Position numbers and translations under genes: made by a program
Assembly: GCA_041484665.1 (NCBI GenBank)
Contig: JBGPIA010000002.1
Span: forward strand, 288,001 to 352,000
Origin: Candidatus Krumholzibacteriia bacterium
GTDB lineage: Bacteria; Krumholzibacteriota; Krumholzibacteriia; JAJRXK01
Direction of reading: 5' to 3'
Length of the DNA: 64,000 nt
In this document: positions 37,737-47,632 of the stretch, one piece after another
Layout of the letters: every line of letters begins with the position of its first letter
Position numbering within the stretch: position 1 is the first letter of the stretch
The notes under the pieces: generated by a model
What the model saw: only the letters and a program-made list of their open reading frames with translations
Databases searched by the model: none
What the model was told of the DNA's origin: nothing

Positions 37737-38512
37737 CAGCGGACCTCCTGGGGAGACGGGGGACACAGCCAGGCCACCGGGTCGGACACCTGCGGCGTGG
37801 ACTCGAGCAGGAACCCTTCGGCGTAGGGCGCGCCGACGCGGGCCCCCCAGGCCGCCATGCGCGCCTCCAGACCGTCCAGGTACCCGGCGCGGTTGATGAA
37901 GGTCGGCGCGCTGGCCGCGGCCGCGACGAACTGGCTGACGTGGGCCAGGATAGCCGCGCGCCGGCTCGCCATGTGGGCCGTGACGTCCACCAGGAACGTG
38001 GGCTCGAGGTCGCGGGTGGCGACGTAGAACATGACGCCCTGCGGCCGGAACGGCGCGCCCGGCGCGGCGTAGGCGTGAACGCCGGCGAAGAACACGGCGC
38101 GGCGCGCCAGGCGCGAGGCGGCCTCGTGATCGGGATGGCGGTCGAAGGCGGCGGGCGCGCACAAGAGCCTCGGTCGGGCCAAGCGCAGCAGGCCGACCGC
38201 GGCGAGGAGCTGCGCCGCGTCGCGCTCGTCGAGCGCGCCATCGGGCAGCCCCAGCACGATGCGTGGCAAGGTCGCGCCGAGCAGGCGCGCGGCCTCCAGG
38301 CTCTCCGCGCGCCGCTGCTGCGGCGTGCCGTTGCTGGCCAGCTCCCCGGCGGTGAGGTCGCAGATCCCCACGCGGTAGCCCAGCGCCGCGAGCCGGGCGG
38401 CCGTGCCACCGGCAAACAGCTCCACGTCATCGGGATGGGCTCCCACGAACAGGGCGTCCAGTGGCTGCGCCCACGTCGGGTCCGCCTCCACCCCTCGCGC
38501 GCTTCGCTTCAC
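37736..38512 (-). CDS. bshB1: Bacillithiol biosynthesis deacetylase (PIG-L family)
   Basis: AHPDDVEL, DLT.GE..SNGT...R..E, DRHPDH and SQF motifs. Confidence 0.9.
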   Translation of the reverse strand: MKRSARGVEADPTWAQPLDALFVGAHPDDVELFAGGTAARLAALGYRVGICDLTAGELASNGTPQQRRAESLEAARLLGATLPRIVLGLPDGALDERDAAQLLAAVGLLRLARPRLLCAPAAFDRHPDHEAASRLARRAVFFAGVHAYAAPGAPFRPQGVMFYVATRDLEPTFLVDVTAHMASRRAAILAHVSQFVAAAASAPTFINRAGYLDGLEARMAAWGARVGAPYAEGFLLESTPQVSDPVAWLCPPSPQEVR

Positions 38513-38568
38513 GTCGGCCTTCCTCTCGTTCGCGGCAGCGCCGCGTGCCGGCCCGCCGGCAGTCGCTC

Positions 38569-40236
38569 TCACGTGCGCGCCACCTGCACCGCGAAGCCGG
38601 TCGCCGCCCCGCGCTCCACGGCGTCGGCGTAGGGCGACGCAAGGTCGCTGAGCAGCTGCGTGAAGGCCCCGTCCCACAGCCCCCACCCCATTGCCGCCGC
38701 GAAGGCGCGCTCCTGCACCACCCCCCGCAGGCAGAGCCATTCGCCCGCCCAGCGCCAGAAGCCCTCGCGCTGCGCCGCCTGCTCCAGCGCCGCGGCCGCG
38801 ACCGCGCGCTCGGCCTGCGCGAGCTCCCGGCGCACGCGCTCCAGCGCCTTGGCCACCGTCCTGGTCCGGGCCTGCTCGCCCAGGGTGGCTGCGTACTCGC
38901 CCAGCACCGCCGCGAGCCCCGCGCGCGCCTTGTCTGCGGCGTCGCGCCAGCGCGCGGGCATTGCACCCTGCGCGAGCAACTCGCGTGCACCATCGCCCCC
39001 CGACAGCAGCAGCGCACGCTCGGCCGCAGCCGGTGGGAGCGTGACGCCGGGTGGCAGCAGCGTGACGTGGGGGCGCAACACCGGGCTGGCCCCGCGCACA
39101 CCCAGGGCCTCGTACATGGGAGCGATCTGCGCGTGATACGCCAGCTCGGAAGGGCCCAACACCGCGGCCAGGGGCGCCAGCAGCGCGTCCTGCCACAAGG
39201 GCCGCAGCAACACCGCGGGCGCCACCGTGTCGCCGGCCTCCAGGGCCGCGAGCGCGCGCTGCGGCTCGAGCTTCTCGCGCAGTCCGTCCTGCACTCGGAA
39301 AAGCCCGCTGCGGGTGGCCTTTGGCGCGAGCGGCGCTTCGATTCCAGCGGACACCATCTGCGCGCCGCGCGCGTCCACGGCCGCAGCATGCTCGGCCGCA
39401 GCCCGCGCGTGGCGCGCGAACAGCGGGCGGCCCAGCGCGAGCAAGCGCGGTGAGCGGGCGTCGACCACCACCAGCCCGTCGCCGCCGAAGACCGTCAGGT
39501 AGAAAGCGGCTGCGCGCTCGCCCAGGTCGCGGGCTGCCTGCGCGGCCTGCAACGCCTGGCTAAGATATCGGCCGTGCGCGCCGCTTTCGAGTTGGGCGAG
39601 CGCCCCCCGCTCCACGGGCTCCACGTCGTACGCGGCCAGAGCGCCGATCTGCTGGCCGGCGGCGGCCAGGCCGCGCGGCAGCTCGACACGCAGCGGACCG
39701 CGTGCGGGATGCAACAGCCAGATGCCGCGCGCCTCGTCGAAGTCGGAGTCGTCGGCGCCGCACCAGTACACGGGCACCACGGGACGACCGCCGCGCTCCT
39801 CCAGGCGACGCGCCAGCGCGATCGCCCCGGCGATCTTGTAGGCAGTGTACAGCGGACCGCCGAGCAGCCCCGGCTGCTGTCCCGCCACGACGCAGGCCGC
39901 GCCACCCTCGGCCAGCATCTCGATCGCCGCCAGCGTGCGGGGCGAGGCCGCCAGTCGCGCGTGGCGCTCGCGCAACTCCTGCGCGAAGGCGGCGTCCTGC
40001 CAGGCCGGCCCCACCCGGCTGTCCGGCCCCGCCGCCAGCCGACCGGTCGGCGGGCCTGCCGGCGGCCTTGCATCGGAAGCGGTGCGCGGCTCGGCAAGCG
40101 CGCTGGCCCGCAGCGGTGGGCCAGCCGGCACCCAGGATACATTCCCGCGCAGCCAGCGCCGTACGTAGTCCGACAGCCCAGGGGTCTCCTCGGCGGTCAG
40201 CGCCACGAGCTGGAACGGGGTGGGCGCTTGGGTCAT
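38569..40236 (-). CDS. bshC: Bacillithiol cysteine-adding enzyme
   Basis: VV.GQQ.GL.GGPLY..YK, VPVYW...D.DFDE, LLRP..QD.LL, GP.ELAY.AQ and QER motifs. Confidence 0.9.
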   Translation of the reverse strand: MTQAPTPFQLVALTAEETPGLSDYVRRWLRGNVSWVPAGPPLRASALAEPRTASDARPPAGPPTGRLAAGPDSRVGPAWQDAAFAQELRERHARLAASPRTLAAIEMLAEGGAACVVAGQQPGLLGGPLYTAYKIAGAIALARRLEERGGRPVVPVYWCGADDSDFDEARGIWLLHPARGPLRVELPRGLAAAGQQIGALAAYDVEPVERGALAQLESGAHGRYLSQALQAAQAARDLGERAAAFYLTVFGGDGLVVVDARSPRLLALGRPLFARHARAAAEHAAAVDARGAQMVSAGIEAPLAPKATRSGLFRVQDGLREKLEPQRALAALEAGDTVAPAVLLRPLWQDALLAPLAAVLGPSELAYHAQIAPMYEALGVRGASPVLRPHVTLLPPGVTLPPAAAERALLLSGGDGARELLAQGAMPARWRDAADKARAGLAAVLGEYAATLGEQARTRTVAKALERVRRELAQAERAVAAAALEQAAQREGFWRWAGEWLCLRGVVQERAFAAAMGWGLWDGAFTQLLSDLASPYADAVERGAATGFAVQVART

Positions 40237-41006
40237 GGGAGTCCGCGGGAGACGGATGCGCCGGCGCTGCGCGGCTCCCGCGTCAGCTTGAGCAGGATGC
40301 GCTCGCTGCGCTGCGGATCCAGCGGCGCGCCGTCATAGCCGCCGCGCGCGTCGGCCACGGCGAGCCCGTGCGGCGCGAACATGGCAGCGAACTGTTCGCG
40401 CGTGAAGAGCATGACCCGCTCGTCGTAGCGCTCCAGCTCGGCCAGGTCGCCGCGGCGCAGCAGCCGGATCGTCTTGCACACGCGGGGTGGGGCGCTCTCC
40501 AGCCAGCGCCGCTCCTCCACGATCCCCGCGTCGGTCTCGCGGCGGCTGAGGGGCACCAGGCCGCGGGCGAGTGGTGGGCCATTGGGCGCGTCGACCACGA
40601 CCCCACAACGCGCGACCCGCGCCAGCTCGCCGGCCAGGGCGGCGTGCTCGCGCTGTGAGGCGAAGTACCCGAAGCTCGTGAACATGCAGAGGGTCCAGTC
40701 GAAGGTGCCGCTGCCAAACGGGATCTCGCGCATGTCGGCGCGCACCAGCGGCGCCGCTACGCTCGCAGCGCGGGCCTCTCGCAGCAGTCTCCAGGACAGA
40801 TCCAGCCCCACCGGCACCGCGCCGCGCGCCTGCAGCTCGGTCAGGTAGCGACCTGCCCCGCAGCCGACGTCCAGCACGCCGCGTCCCTGCAGCTCCTGCG
40901 GCCCGAACAGGAGCGCCATCACGGCCGCGGCCTCGCGACCGTCGCGGTGCGCGTACAGCTCGAGGTACCGCTCGCCGAACGCGGACCTGAACCAATCGCC
41001 GCTCAA
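40233..41006 (-). CDS. Class I SAM-dependent methyltransferase (candidate bacillithiol N-methyltransferase)
   Basis: TTG start. WF..AF...YL.LY.HRD..EA, VLDVGCG.GR, GLDLS, RADMR and FTSFGYF motifs. Stop overlaps the bshC start. Confidence 0.88.
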   Translation of the reverse strand: MSGDWFRSAFGERYLELYAHRDGREAAAVMALLFGPQELQGRGVLDVGCGAGRYLTELQARGAVPVGLDLSWRLLREARAASVAAPLVRADMREIPFGSGTFDWTLCMFTSFGYFASQREHAALAGELARVARCGVVVDAPNGPPLARGLVPLSRRETDAGIVEERRWLESAPPRVCKTIRLLRRGDLAELERYDERVMLFTREQFAAMFAPHGLAVADARGGYDGAPLDPQRSERILLKLTREPRSAGASVSRGLP

Positions 41007-41818
41007 GAGCCCGCGCCCGCCATGGCCAGCGCCGAGAGGTAGCCCACGACGCGGTCGGTATCGCCGAAGGCCTCGCTGCTGTCGGTGGCGTCGACCACCG
41101 TGAAGTGCGCCCCCGCCTGCTGGGCGAGCGCCATGAGCGTCAGCACCGCTCCCGCTCCGCACGCCTCCACCTCCCCGCGGTCCAGCGCGCGCGCCATCGC
41201 ATCGGGGTCGCCTTCGAGCAGCACCTGCTTGAAGTGCGCATCCAACTGCACGGCCTGGCCGTGATTGTAGTAGTGCGAGAGATCGCTGCTCGCCACGACC
41301 AGCAGGCGGCGGTCCTGCGCCAGCCCCGCCAGCGCCTGGGCCACCTTGCGCGCCTGGGAGAGATCGGGCAGCCCGAACGCGACGGCCACCACCGGCACTC
41401 CGGGCAGCGCCCGCTGCAGCAGCGGCAGCTGGACCTCGATGGCGTGCTCGCTGAACGTCGCGCCCTTTGCCTGTGGTCCCAGAGCATCCAGCAGCGCGTC
41501 GGCCAGCGCGGTGGCACCCGGCACGCGGCCCAGCGGCGTCTCGAAGCCTTCGACCTGGAACACGCGGCAGCCGTGCACCGGCACGCGGTGGCTGGGCGCC
41601 AGCACGGCCACGGCGTCCACCGCGGCGCCGCGCAGAGCCCCCACCGCCATTCCGGCAGTGCGGCCGGAGTACACGTAGCCGGCGTGGGGCACCAGCGCCC
41701 CGACTGGACGCCCCGCGGGCGCCGCCGGCGCTCGGCTGAGGAAGAGGTCCACCACTTCCTCCAGCGCATCCCGCTCGGCGGGATAGAAGGATCCGTCAAA
41801 CGCGCTTGCGAGGATCAT
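41003..41818 (-). CDS. MEMO1 / AmmeMemoRadiSam system protein B
   Basis: G.FYP, PHAGY.YSG, PSH, EH..EVQLP, SSDLSHY, ACG and VVGY motifs. Confidence 0.9.
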   Translation of the reverse strand: MILASAFDGSFYPAERDALEEVVDLFLSRAPAAPAGRPVGALVPHAGYVYSGRTAGMAVGALRGAAVDAVAVLAPSHRVPVHGCRVFQVEGFETPLGRVPGATALADALLDALGPQAKGATFSEHAIEVQLPLLQRALPGVPVVAVAFGLPDLSQARKVAQALAGLAQDRRLLVVASSDLSHYYNHGQAVQLDAHFKQVLLEGDPDAMARALDRGEVEACGAGAVLTLMALAQQAGAHFTVVDATDSSEAFGDTDRVVGYLSALAMAGAGS

Positions 41819-43439
41819 GATCGCCTGCCTGTGGCAATGGCGCGAGCCGGACCGCCCCATCGCGGAAGATCTGGGTGTCGCCGACGAAGCGGGGGTCCTG
41901 CCCCGGGATCCCGGCCATGGCGTGCAGACCGCGCGTCTCAGCGCGATACAGAGCGCAGCGGATCACCAGCGTGCCCAAGAGCGTCACGTTGCCCAGCTCG
42001 ATGAGGTCCGCGTCGGGCTCGCAGCGGCCGACCCACTCCTGCGCGTCCTTGGACATCTCCTCCATACGCTCCAGCGCGATGCACAGCCGCTCGGTGTCAC
42101 GCACGATGCCCACGTAATCCCACATCGTGCGCCGTGCCACGTCCCAATCGTGCCGGACGGCGGTGGGCAGCACGCGCGTGGTGCCGGTCGCGGCCGCCGG
42201 CGCGCGCCGGGGCGGCACCGCAGGAGGATAGGCCGAGGCCGCCAGCTGCTCCAGCACTCGCCGGCTGGCCGCCTGGGCGAAGTACAGCGCCTCCAAGAGG
42301 CTATTGCTCGCCAGACGGTTGGCGCCGTGCAGGCCGGTGCAGGCCGCCTCACCGATCACGAACAGCCCGGGCAGGTCGCTCTCCGCGTGCTCGTTGGTCA
42401 CCACACCGCCGCACTGGTAGTGCGCTGCGGGAACCACCGGCAACGGCGAGCGGGTCAGGTCGAACCCGAAGCGGCGACAGGTCAGGGCGATGTTGGGGAA
42501 GCGCTGCAGCGCGTGCTCGGCTTGGATCATCGTGGTGTCCAGCAACACGTGGTCCTCCCCGCGCTGCTTCATCTCCAGGTCGATGGCGCGGGCCACGATG
42601 TCGCGCGGAGCGAGGTCGGCCTGGGGGTGATAGCGCTCCATGAACGCCTCTCCGCCCAGGTTGCGCAGCACCGCGCCCTCGCCGCGCACGGCCTCGCTGA
42701 TGAGGAAGTTCTTCGCCGCCGGATGGAACAGGCAGGTGGGATGGAACTGCACGAACTCCAGGTTGGCCAGGCGTGCGCCTGCCCGGTAGGCCATCGCCGG
42801 TCCGTCGCCGGTGGCGATGTCCGGATTGGAGGTGTAGAGGTACACCTTGCCGCTGCCGCCGGTGGCCAGCACCGTGACGCGCGCCGGGCAAGGCTGCACG
42901 ACGCCGCGCTGGCGGTCCAGGACGACGCAGCCCACCACGCGCCCGTCGTCGGCTTGCAGCAGCTGGACGGCGAGATGATCCTCCAGCATCTCGATGCGGG
43001 GATGGGCGCGCGCCAGATGCAGCAGCGCCGTCTCGAGCTCGCGCCCGGTGAAGTCGCCGGCGTGGACGATGCGGCGCCGGCTGTGGCCACCTTCGCGCCC
43101 CAAAACGAAGCGCCCTTCCTCGCTCCGACTGAAGCGGATCCCCTGCTCAGCCAGCTCGGCGATGAGCGAGGGCCCAGCCCGTACCACCCGGCGTACCACA
43201 TCCTCGTGGCACAGCCCGGCCCCCGCGGTCAGGGTATCCGCGACGTGCAGCTCGAAGGAGTCGTCACTCGCCAGCACCGAGGCGATGCCACCCTGCGCGT
43301 AGTTGGTGTTGCTCTCGAAGTCCTGCTTCTTTGTGACCATCCGGACCGACGCGTGCTCGGCTACGGCCAGGGCGAAGCGCAGCCCCGCAATACCGCTGCC
43401 GACGATCAGGACGTCCGGTGCGGCAGCATTCGGCGGCAT
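41796..43439 (-). CDS. nadB: L-aspartate oxidase
   Basis: GSGIAGL, NT.YAQGGIA, EGGHS.RRI.H, QFHPT, LISEAVRGEG and GLHGANRLASNSLLE motifs. Confidence 0.96.
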   Translation of the reverse strand: MPPNAAAPDVLIVGSGIAGLRFALAVAEHASVRMVTKKQDFESNTNYAQGGIASVLASDDSFELHVADTLTAGAGLCHEDVVRRVVRAGPSLIAELAEQGIRFSRSEEGRFVLGREGGHSRRRIVHAGDFTGRELETALLHLARAHPRIEMLEDHLAVQLLQADDGRVVGCVVLDRQRGVVQPCPARVTVLATGGSGKVYLYTSNPDIATGDGPAMAYRAGARLANLEFVQFHPTCLFHPAAKNFLISEAVRGEGAVLRNLGGEAFMERYHPQADLAPRDIVARAIDLEMKQRGEDHVLLDTTMIQAEHALQRFPNIALTCRRFGFDLTRSPLPVVPAAHYQCGGVVTNEHAESDLPGLFVIGEAACTGLHGANRLASNSLLEALYFAQAASRRVLEQLAASAYPPAVPPRRAPAAATGTTRVLPTAVRHDWDVARRTMWDYVGIVRDTERLCIALERMEEMSKDAQEWVGRCEPDADLIELGNVTLLGTLVIRCALYRAETRGLHAMAGIPGQDPRFVGDTQIFRDGAVRLAPLPQAGDHDPRKRV

Positions 43440-43648
43440 ACGACGGGCTCCTCCACGAGCGGCACGCACAGGGTAGAGGAATCTATCGCGGGAGGCGACG
43501 GTGCAGACCTCGCGCAGCCGATCTGCGGATTTGCACGATGCACCCCCACCCGCACCCCCCTGGGCAGGCTGCCCCGGGCAGCCGGCACCGGGCCGGGCGA
43601 GCGTGCCTCAATCCGTTGCGATGACGACACTTATCGTCTGGGGGGAGG

Positions 43649-43664
43649 TGGCATACCCCTTGCA
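43649..43664 (+). promoter_or_regulatory. sigma54 (-24/-12) promoter
   Basis: TGGCAT-ACCCC-TTGCA, matching TGGCAY-N5-TTGCW, about 90 nt upstream of the lipoprotein start. Confidence 0.75.
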
Positions 43665-43754
43665 GTCGACCCCCGCGCCCAGGAGCCCGTCCTGGTGACG
43701 ACTTTCCCGGGGTCTGCGCCCAGCGCGCAGCTCCGCGATCAAGGGAGGCTTTCC

Positions 43755-44342
43755 GTGCGGAAGACTACGCTGATGCTCGCCGTTCTGCTCGTCGCCGTTG
43801 CGTTCCTGCCGGCCTGCAACGACGTCGAGCGGGGACGTTCGGTCGTGGAGGTCAGCCAGGTGAACCTGGGGGCGCCGGTGGTGCTGGGCATCCTCAACGC
43901 TGGCAGCGACAAGCTCGTGGGCACGCAGGATGACTTCATCCCCCCCGGGGACGTCGTGGTGACCATGCGCAACCGCGCCTACAACCAGTTCATCACCGCG
44001 CCCGACGAGGCGCCCTATGGCCAGTTCCACGTGACCCGCGTTCACGTGCACTGGACCGCCGCAGATGCGAGCACGCCCGTGGCACAGCTCGTGCCGTTCG
44101 ACTACGAGGCGGGCATGGACGTCACCATCCCCAAGGACTCCGACGCCACCTTCAGCGTGCTGCTTTCGAGCTTTTACATGAAGAGCCAGCCGTACTTCTC
44201 GGGCCTGGTCGACGGCTCCACCCCGCCGTTCTCGGCGGTGGCGAGCCTCACGTTCTTCGGGCACGACTCGGGCAGCACCAGCGAGGTCGAGGTCCCGGCC
44301 AGCGCTCTCTGCGAGTTCATCGGCGTCGTTCTCACCAACTAG
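43755..44342 (+). CDS. Uncharacterised lipoprotein (195 aa)
   Basis: GGGAGG RBS and GTG start. RKTTLMLAVLLVAVAFLPAC signal II with lipobox. Beta-rich body with strong GC3 bias. It is the tail of ORF 41817..44342. Confidence 0.82.
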   Translation: MRKTTLMLAVLLVAVAFLPACNDVERGRSVVEVSQVNLGAPVVLGILNAGSDKLVGTQDDFIPPGDVVVTMRNRAYNQFITAPDEAPYGQFHVTRVHVHWTAADASTPVAQLVPFDYEAGMDVTIPKDSDATFSVLLSSFYMKSQPYFSGLVDGSTPPFSAVASLTFFGHDSGSTSEVEVPASALCEFIGVVLTN

Positions 44343-44505
44343 CGGTCGGCGGCGCGCGCGGCGCCCCCCACCCGATCCCACGCGGCGGCAGGCTCGATTG
44401 CCTGCCGCCGTTTCGTTGGCCCGGCGCGCAGGGCCAGGCCTCCTCGCGTCGTAGCGTGACGCTGCGCGCACACCCCGCTGCCGCGCTCGCGCCGCGCTGC
44501 CGCGC

Positions 44506-45540
44506 TCACAGCCCTGCGGCCTGCGCCACGCGCTCCGCGGGATCCTCGCCCGCCCATTCGATGCGCGCCCGGAGCCGGTACAGCGGCCGCGCGAGCGCGA
44601 GCGCCGCCAGTCGCGCGTGGTTCTTCTCGGGGCATACGATGGCCCCGGCCCCCAGAGCATCCGCCAACAGCGTCAGCGCGCGCGCATCGCGCGCCGTGGG
44701 CAGCGCGTGGTCGGCCAGGCGCAGGCTGGCGACCGGATCCAGCCCCGCGCGCCGCGCATCGCGCTCGAAACTGCGCGGGCGGGCCAGGCCGCTGGCCAGC
44801 ACGACCGCGCCCAACTCCCGGCCGCGCGCGAGGGCCAGCTCCACGCCAGCGGGCGACACCAGCGATGCGGGGGCCAGCCGGAAGGGGAAGGCGCGCCCCC
44901 CGCACGCCTGCGCCGCCCAACGCGCGTAGGCGTCGTGCTGGACCGCAGTCGGCGGCCAGGGGTCCTCCTCCACCCGGATCAGCACCATCTGTGCGCGGCG
45001 CAGGGCGTCGGCACCCTCCCGCGCGGGGCCCGCCGGCAAGGGGCGCGGTGGAATCCGCAGGTCGCGGTCCAGGACGACGACCAGCAACACGGTCGCGACC
45101 ACGCCGCACTGCAGCGCGTCGTCGAGCAGGACGACCTGCGCGCCGCCCGCTGCCGCCTGGGCGAAGCCACGGCTGCGATCCCCGTCGCGCAGCACCGGCG
45201 CACCCAGCTCGCCCTGCAGCCAGTGCGGCTCGTCCCCACCGCGCTGCGCCCCGTAACCGCGCGTGAGTACGGCCACACGCAGGCCGCGTGCCTGCAGCTG
45301 CCGCCCCAGCGCGGCGACCAGCGGCGTCTTGCCGCAGCCCCCCACGCGCAGATTGCCGATGCCGATCGACGGCGGAGCGCACGGCAGCGGGCGCGCCGGC
45401 GCCAGGCGTCGGCGCAGGCGGGCGGCGCGGGCGTAGAGCGCTCCCAGCGGTGCCAGCCACGCCCCGAACCCGCCCGGTGCGGCGGCGTCGAGCGCGTCGA
45501 GCAGCCGGGTCGCCTTTGGCCGGCGGTCAAGTACGACCAT
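44506..45540 (-). CDS. lpxK: Tetraacyldisaccharide 4'-kinase
   Basis: IGNL.VGG.GKTP, RGYG, GDEP, LDDALQ, PAGP.RE, DH and EK motifs. Confidence 0.9.
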   Translation of the reverse strand: MVVLDRRPKATRLLDALDAAAPGGFGAWLAPLGALYARAARLRRRLAPARPLPCAPPSIGIGNLRVGGCGKTPLVAALGRQLQARGLRVAVLTRGYGAQRGGDEPHWLQGELGAPVLRDGDRSRGFAQAAAGGAQVVLLDDALQCGVVATVLLVVVLDRDLRIPPRPLPAGPAREGADALRRAQMVLIRVEEDPWPPTAVQHDAYARWAAQACGGRAFPFRLAPASLVSPAGVELALARGRELGAVVLASGLARPRSFERDARRAGLDPVASLRLADHALPTARDARALTLLADALGAGAIVCPEKNHARLAALALARPLYRLRARIEWAGEDPAERVAQAAGL

Positions 45541-46303
45541 GCGAGAGCGTCAGCGGGCCGGAGCTTGTGGGACCCGACGCGGCCAGCGTGCTCGCGGCCG
45601 GGGCGACCGCCGATGCGACCGACGCGGCGCTGCGCGGGGAGGCCACGCCTGCCACCGCGGCCACGCGCGCAGGGGCCGCACCCGCCCGCCACCCGCCCAG
45701 CGCCAGCGCCAACAGCGCCCCGGCGCGGTCGAGGCCCTCGGGCCCCGGGTCCACCGTGACGGCCGGGCCGACCTGGACCGCCACGCGACTGCCCGGCAGC
45801 GGGACCTCGAAGCAGTCCCAGCTTCCCGGCGCGATCCACGACCGATCCAGGTGTGCCCTCAGCGGAACCACGGGCGTTCCGGCGGACTGGGCCAGGCGCA
45901 GGACCCCGTCCTGCACCATGGCGCAGGGTCCGCGCGGCCCGTCGACCGCCAGCCCCACGCGGACGCCCTGGGCGAGTGCGCGGAGCACCTGGTGCGCCGC
46001 GGTGCGGCCGTCGCGGCTGCTGCTGCCGCGGATGAGCCCGAAACCGCGCGCGCGCAGCACCCGCGCGAGCAGCTCGCCGTCGCGGCTGCGGCTGACAACG
46101 ATCGAGAGGCCCAACCCCTCCATGGCCCACAGCAGCGGCACGAGCTGACCGTGGCGGCAGGCGAACAGCAGGCCGTCGCCTCCGCGCGCCCGCAGCAGGA
46201 CCGCGTGGCGGTCGTCGATCTGCAGGGCGACGCTGCGGCGCAGCAGCGCGTAGGCGGCGCGGGCGCCACAGGACAGCAGCGGAGTGGTGAAGGAGGCGGT
46301 CAT
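45527..46303 (-). CDS. DUF374 / lysophospholipid acyltransferase family protein
   Basis: S.SRDGEL, RGSSSR.G, DGPRGP and SWD...VPLP motifs. Confidence 0.85.
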   Translation of the reverse strand: MTASFTTPLLSCGARAAYALLRRSVALQIDDRHAVLLRARGGDGLLFACRHGQLVPLLWAMEGLGLSIVVSRSRDGELLARVLRARGFGLIRGSSSRDGRTAAHQVLRALAQGVRVGLAVDGPRGPCAMVQDGVLRLAQSAGTPVVPLRAHLDRSWIAPGSWDCFEVPLPGSRVAVQVGPAVTVDPGPEGLDRAGALLALALGGWRAGAAPARVAAVAGVASPRSAASVASAVAPAASTLAASGPTSSGPLTLSHGRT

Positions 46304-46422
46304 GGACGCTGGCGCGGTCCGTGCGCGGAGCGCGCGCGGAGCACGCGGCGCCGGCAGTATAGGGAGCCGGCGCCCCGCCGCGCAACGTGCCGCGCCCGCG
46401 AGGCTGCGGACGGCCGCCCACC

Positions 46423-47610
46423 TCACAGCCGCTCCTGCGGCAGCGGGAGCGCTGGCGGGCGCTCGTCCTCGCGCGGCCGCAACCGGCCCGCGAGCATCTC
46501 CATGGCCATGGCGGCCACCCGCCGGGCGGCGCCGCCACCACCCAGGATCGAGCGCAGCTCGTCGAAGGCCTGTTGCTGGGCGAGGGCCTGCGGGGACGCC
46601 GCGTCCAACAACGGCGCGACGGCGCGCGTCAGCGGCGCGGCCGAGAGCCGACCCTGGAGCAGCTCCGGGATGGCGCGCCGGCCCAGGACCAAGTTGACGA
46701 TCCCGATGTGCTCCACGGTCGCCAGCGCGCGAGCGATGGCGTAGCTCGCGGCGCTCGTGCGGTAGACGATCGCGTGGGGAGTGCGGGCCAGCGCCGCCTC
46801 CAGGGTGGCCGTCCCGCTGGTGACGATGGCGGCCTGCGCGCGGCGCAACAGGGGCAGCAGCGGGCCCTGCACCACCTCGGCCTGCGGGCAGCGGGCGCGC
46901 AGAGGCGCGAGCCACGCCGCATCGACGCCCAACGCCAGGCTGACCGCGACGCGATCCGTGGTGCCCGTGGCCAGCAGGCTGGCCGCCGCCTCGCCCAGCG
47001 CCGGTCCGACGCGCAGCAGCTCCTGGCGTCGGCTGCCCGGGCACAGCAGCAGCCCGCGGCGCGCAGGCGCTGGCGCGGCGAGCTCGGCTGCGTATCGGTC
47101 CAGCAGCGGATGCCCCACGTAGCGCGCGTCGATCCCGTGGGCCCGGTAGTACGCCTCCTCGAAGGGGAAGATCACCGCGCAGCTCGCCACGCTACGGCGC
47201 AGGCTGCGCAGCCGCCACGCGCCCCACGACCAGGTCTTGGGCGGGATGACGTCCAGCGTGGCGATGCCGTGCCGGGCGAGCCGTCCGGCGAGGGCCACGT
47301 GGAACCCGGGGTAGTCCACCGCCACCAGCAGCCTCACGCCCTCGCGCACGGCACGGGCCGCCAGCACGTCACGCAAGCGCCACAGCCGCGGCAGGTGGCG
47401 GATCACCTCGGCAAAGCCCATCACGCTCAGCTGGTCGAGAGTGGCCCACAGGGGCACGCCCGCGCTGGCGAGCTGCTCTCCCCCCACACCGGCCAGGCGT
47501 ACGCCCGGCAAGAGCTCCCGCAAGGCGTTGGCGACCGCCGCGGCATACACGTCGCCGCTGGGCTCGCCGCACGAGATCAGGATCGAGGGACCGGGCTGCC
47601 CGCTGCTCAC
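46423..47610 (-). CDS. lpxB: Lipid A disaccharide synthase
   Basis: GEPSGD, VMGF.EV, DYPGF, FPFE, VGHPL, PGSR.QE and SGTATLE motifs. Confidence 0.95.
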   Translation of the reverse strand: MSSGQPGPSILISCGEPSGDVYAAAVANALRELLPGVRLAGVGGEQLASAGVPLWATLDQLSVMGFAEVIRHLPRLWRLRDVLAARAVREGVRLLVAVDYPGFHVALAGRLARHGIATLDVIPPKTWSWGAWRLRSLRRSVASCAVIFPFEEAYYRAHGIDARYVGHPLLDRYAAELAAPAPARRGLLLCPGSRRQELLRVGPALGEAAASLLATGTTDRVAVSLALGVDAAWLAPLRARCPQAEVVQGPLLPLLRRAQAAIVTSGTATLEAALARTPHAIVYRTSAASYAIARALATVEHIGIVNLVLGRRAIPELLQGRLSAAPLTRAVAPLLDAASPQALAQQQAFDELRSILGGGGAARRVAAMAMEMLAGRLRPREDERPPALPLPQERL

Positions 47611-47632
47611 GTCGGACGGGCCGGCGGGCGCC

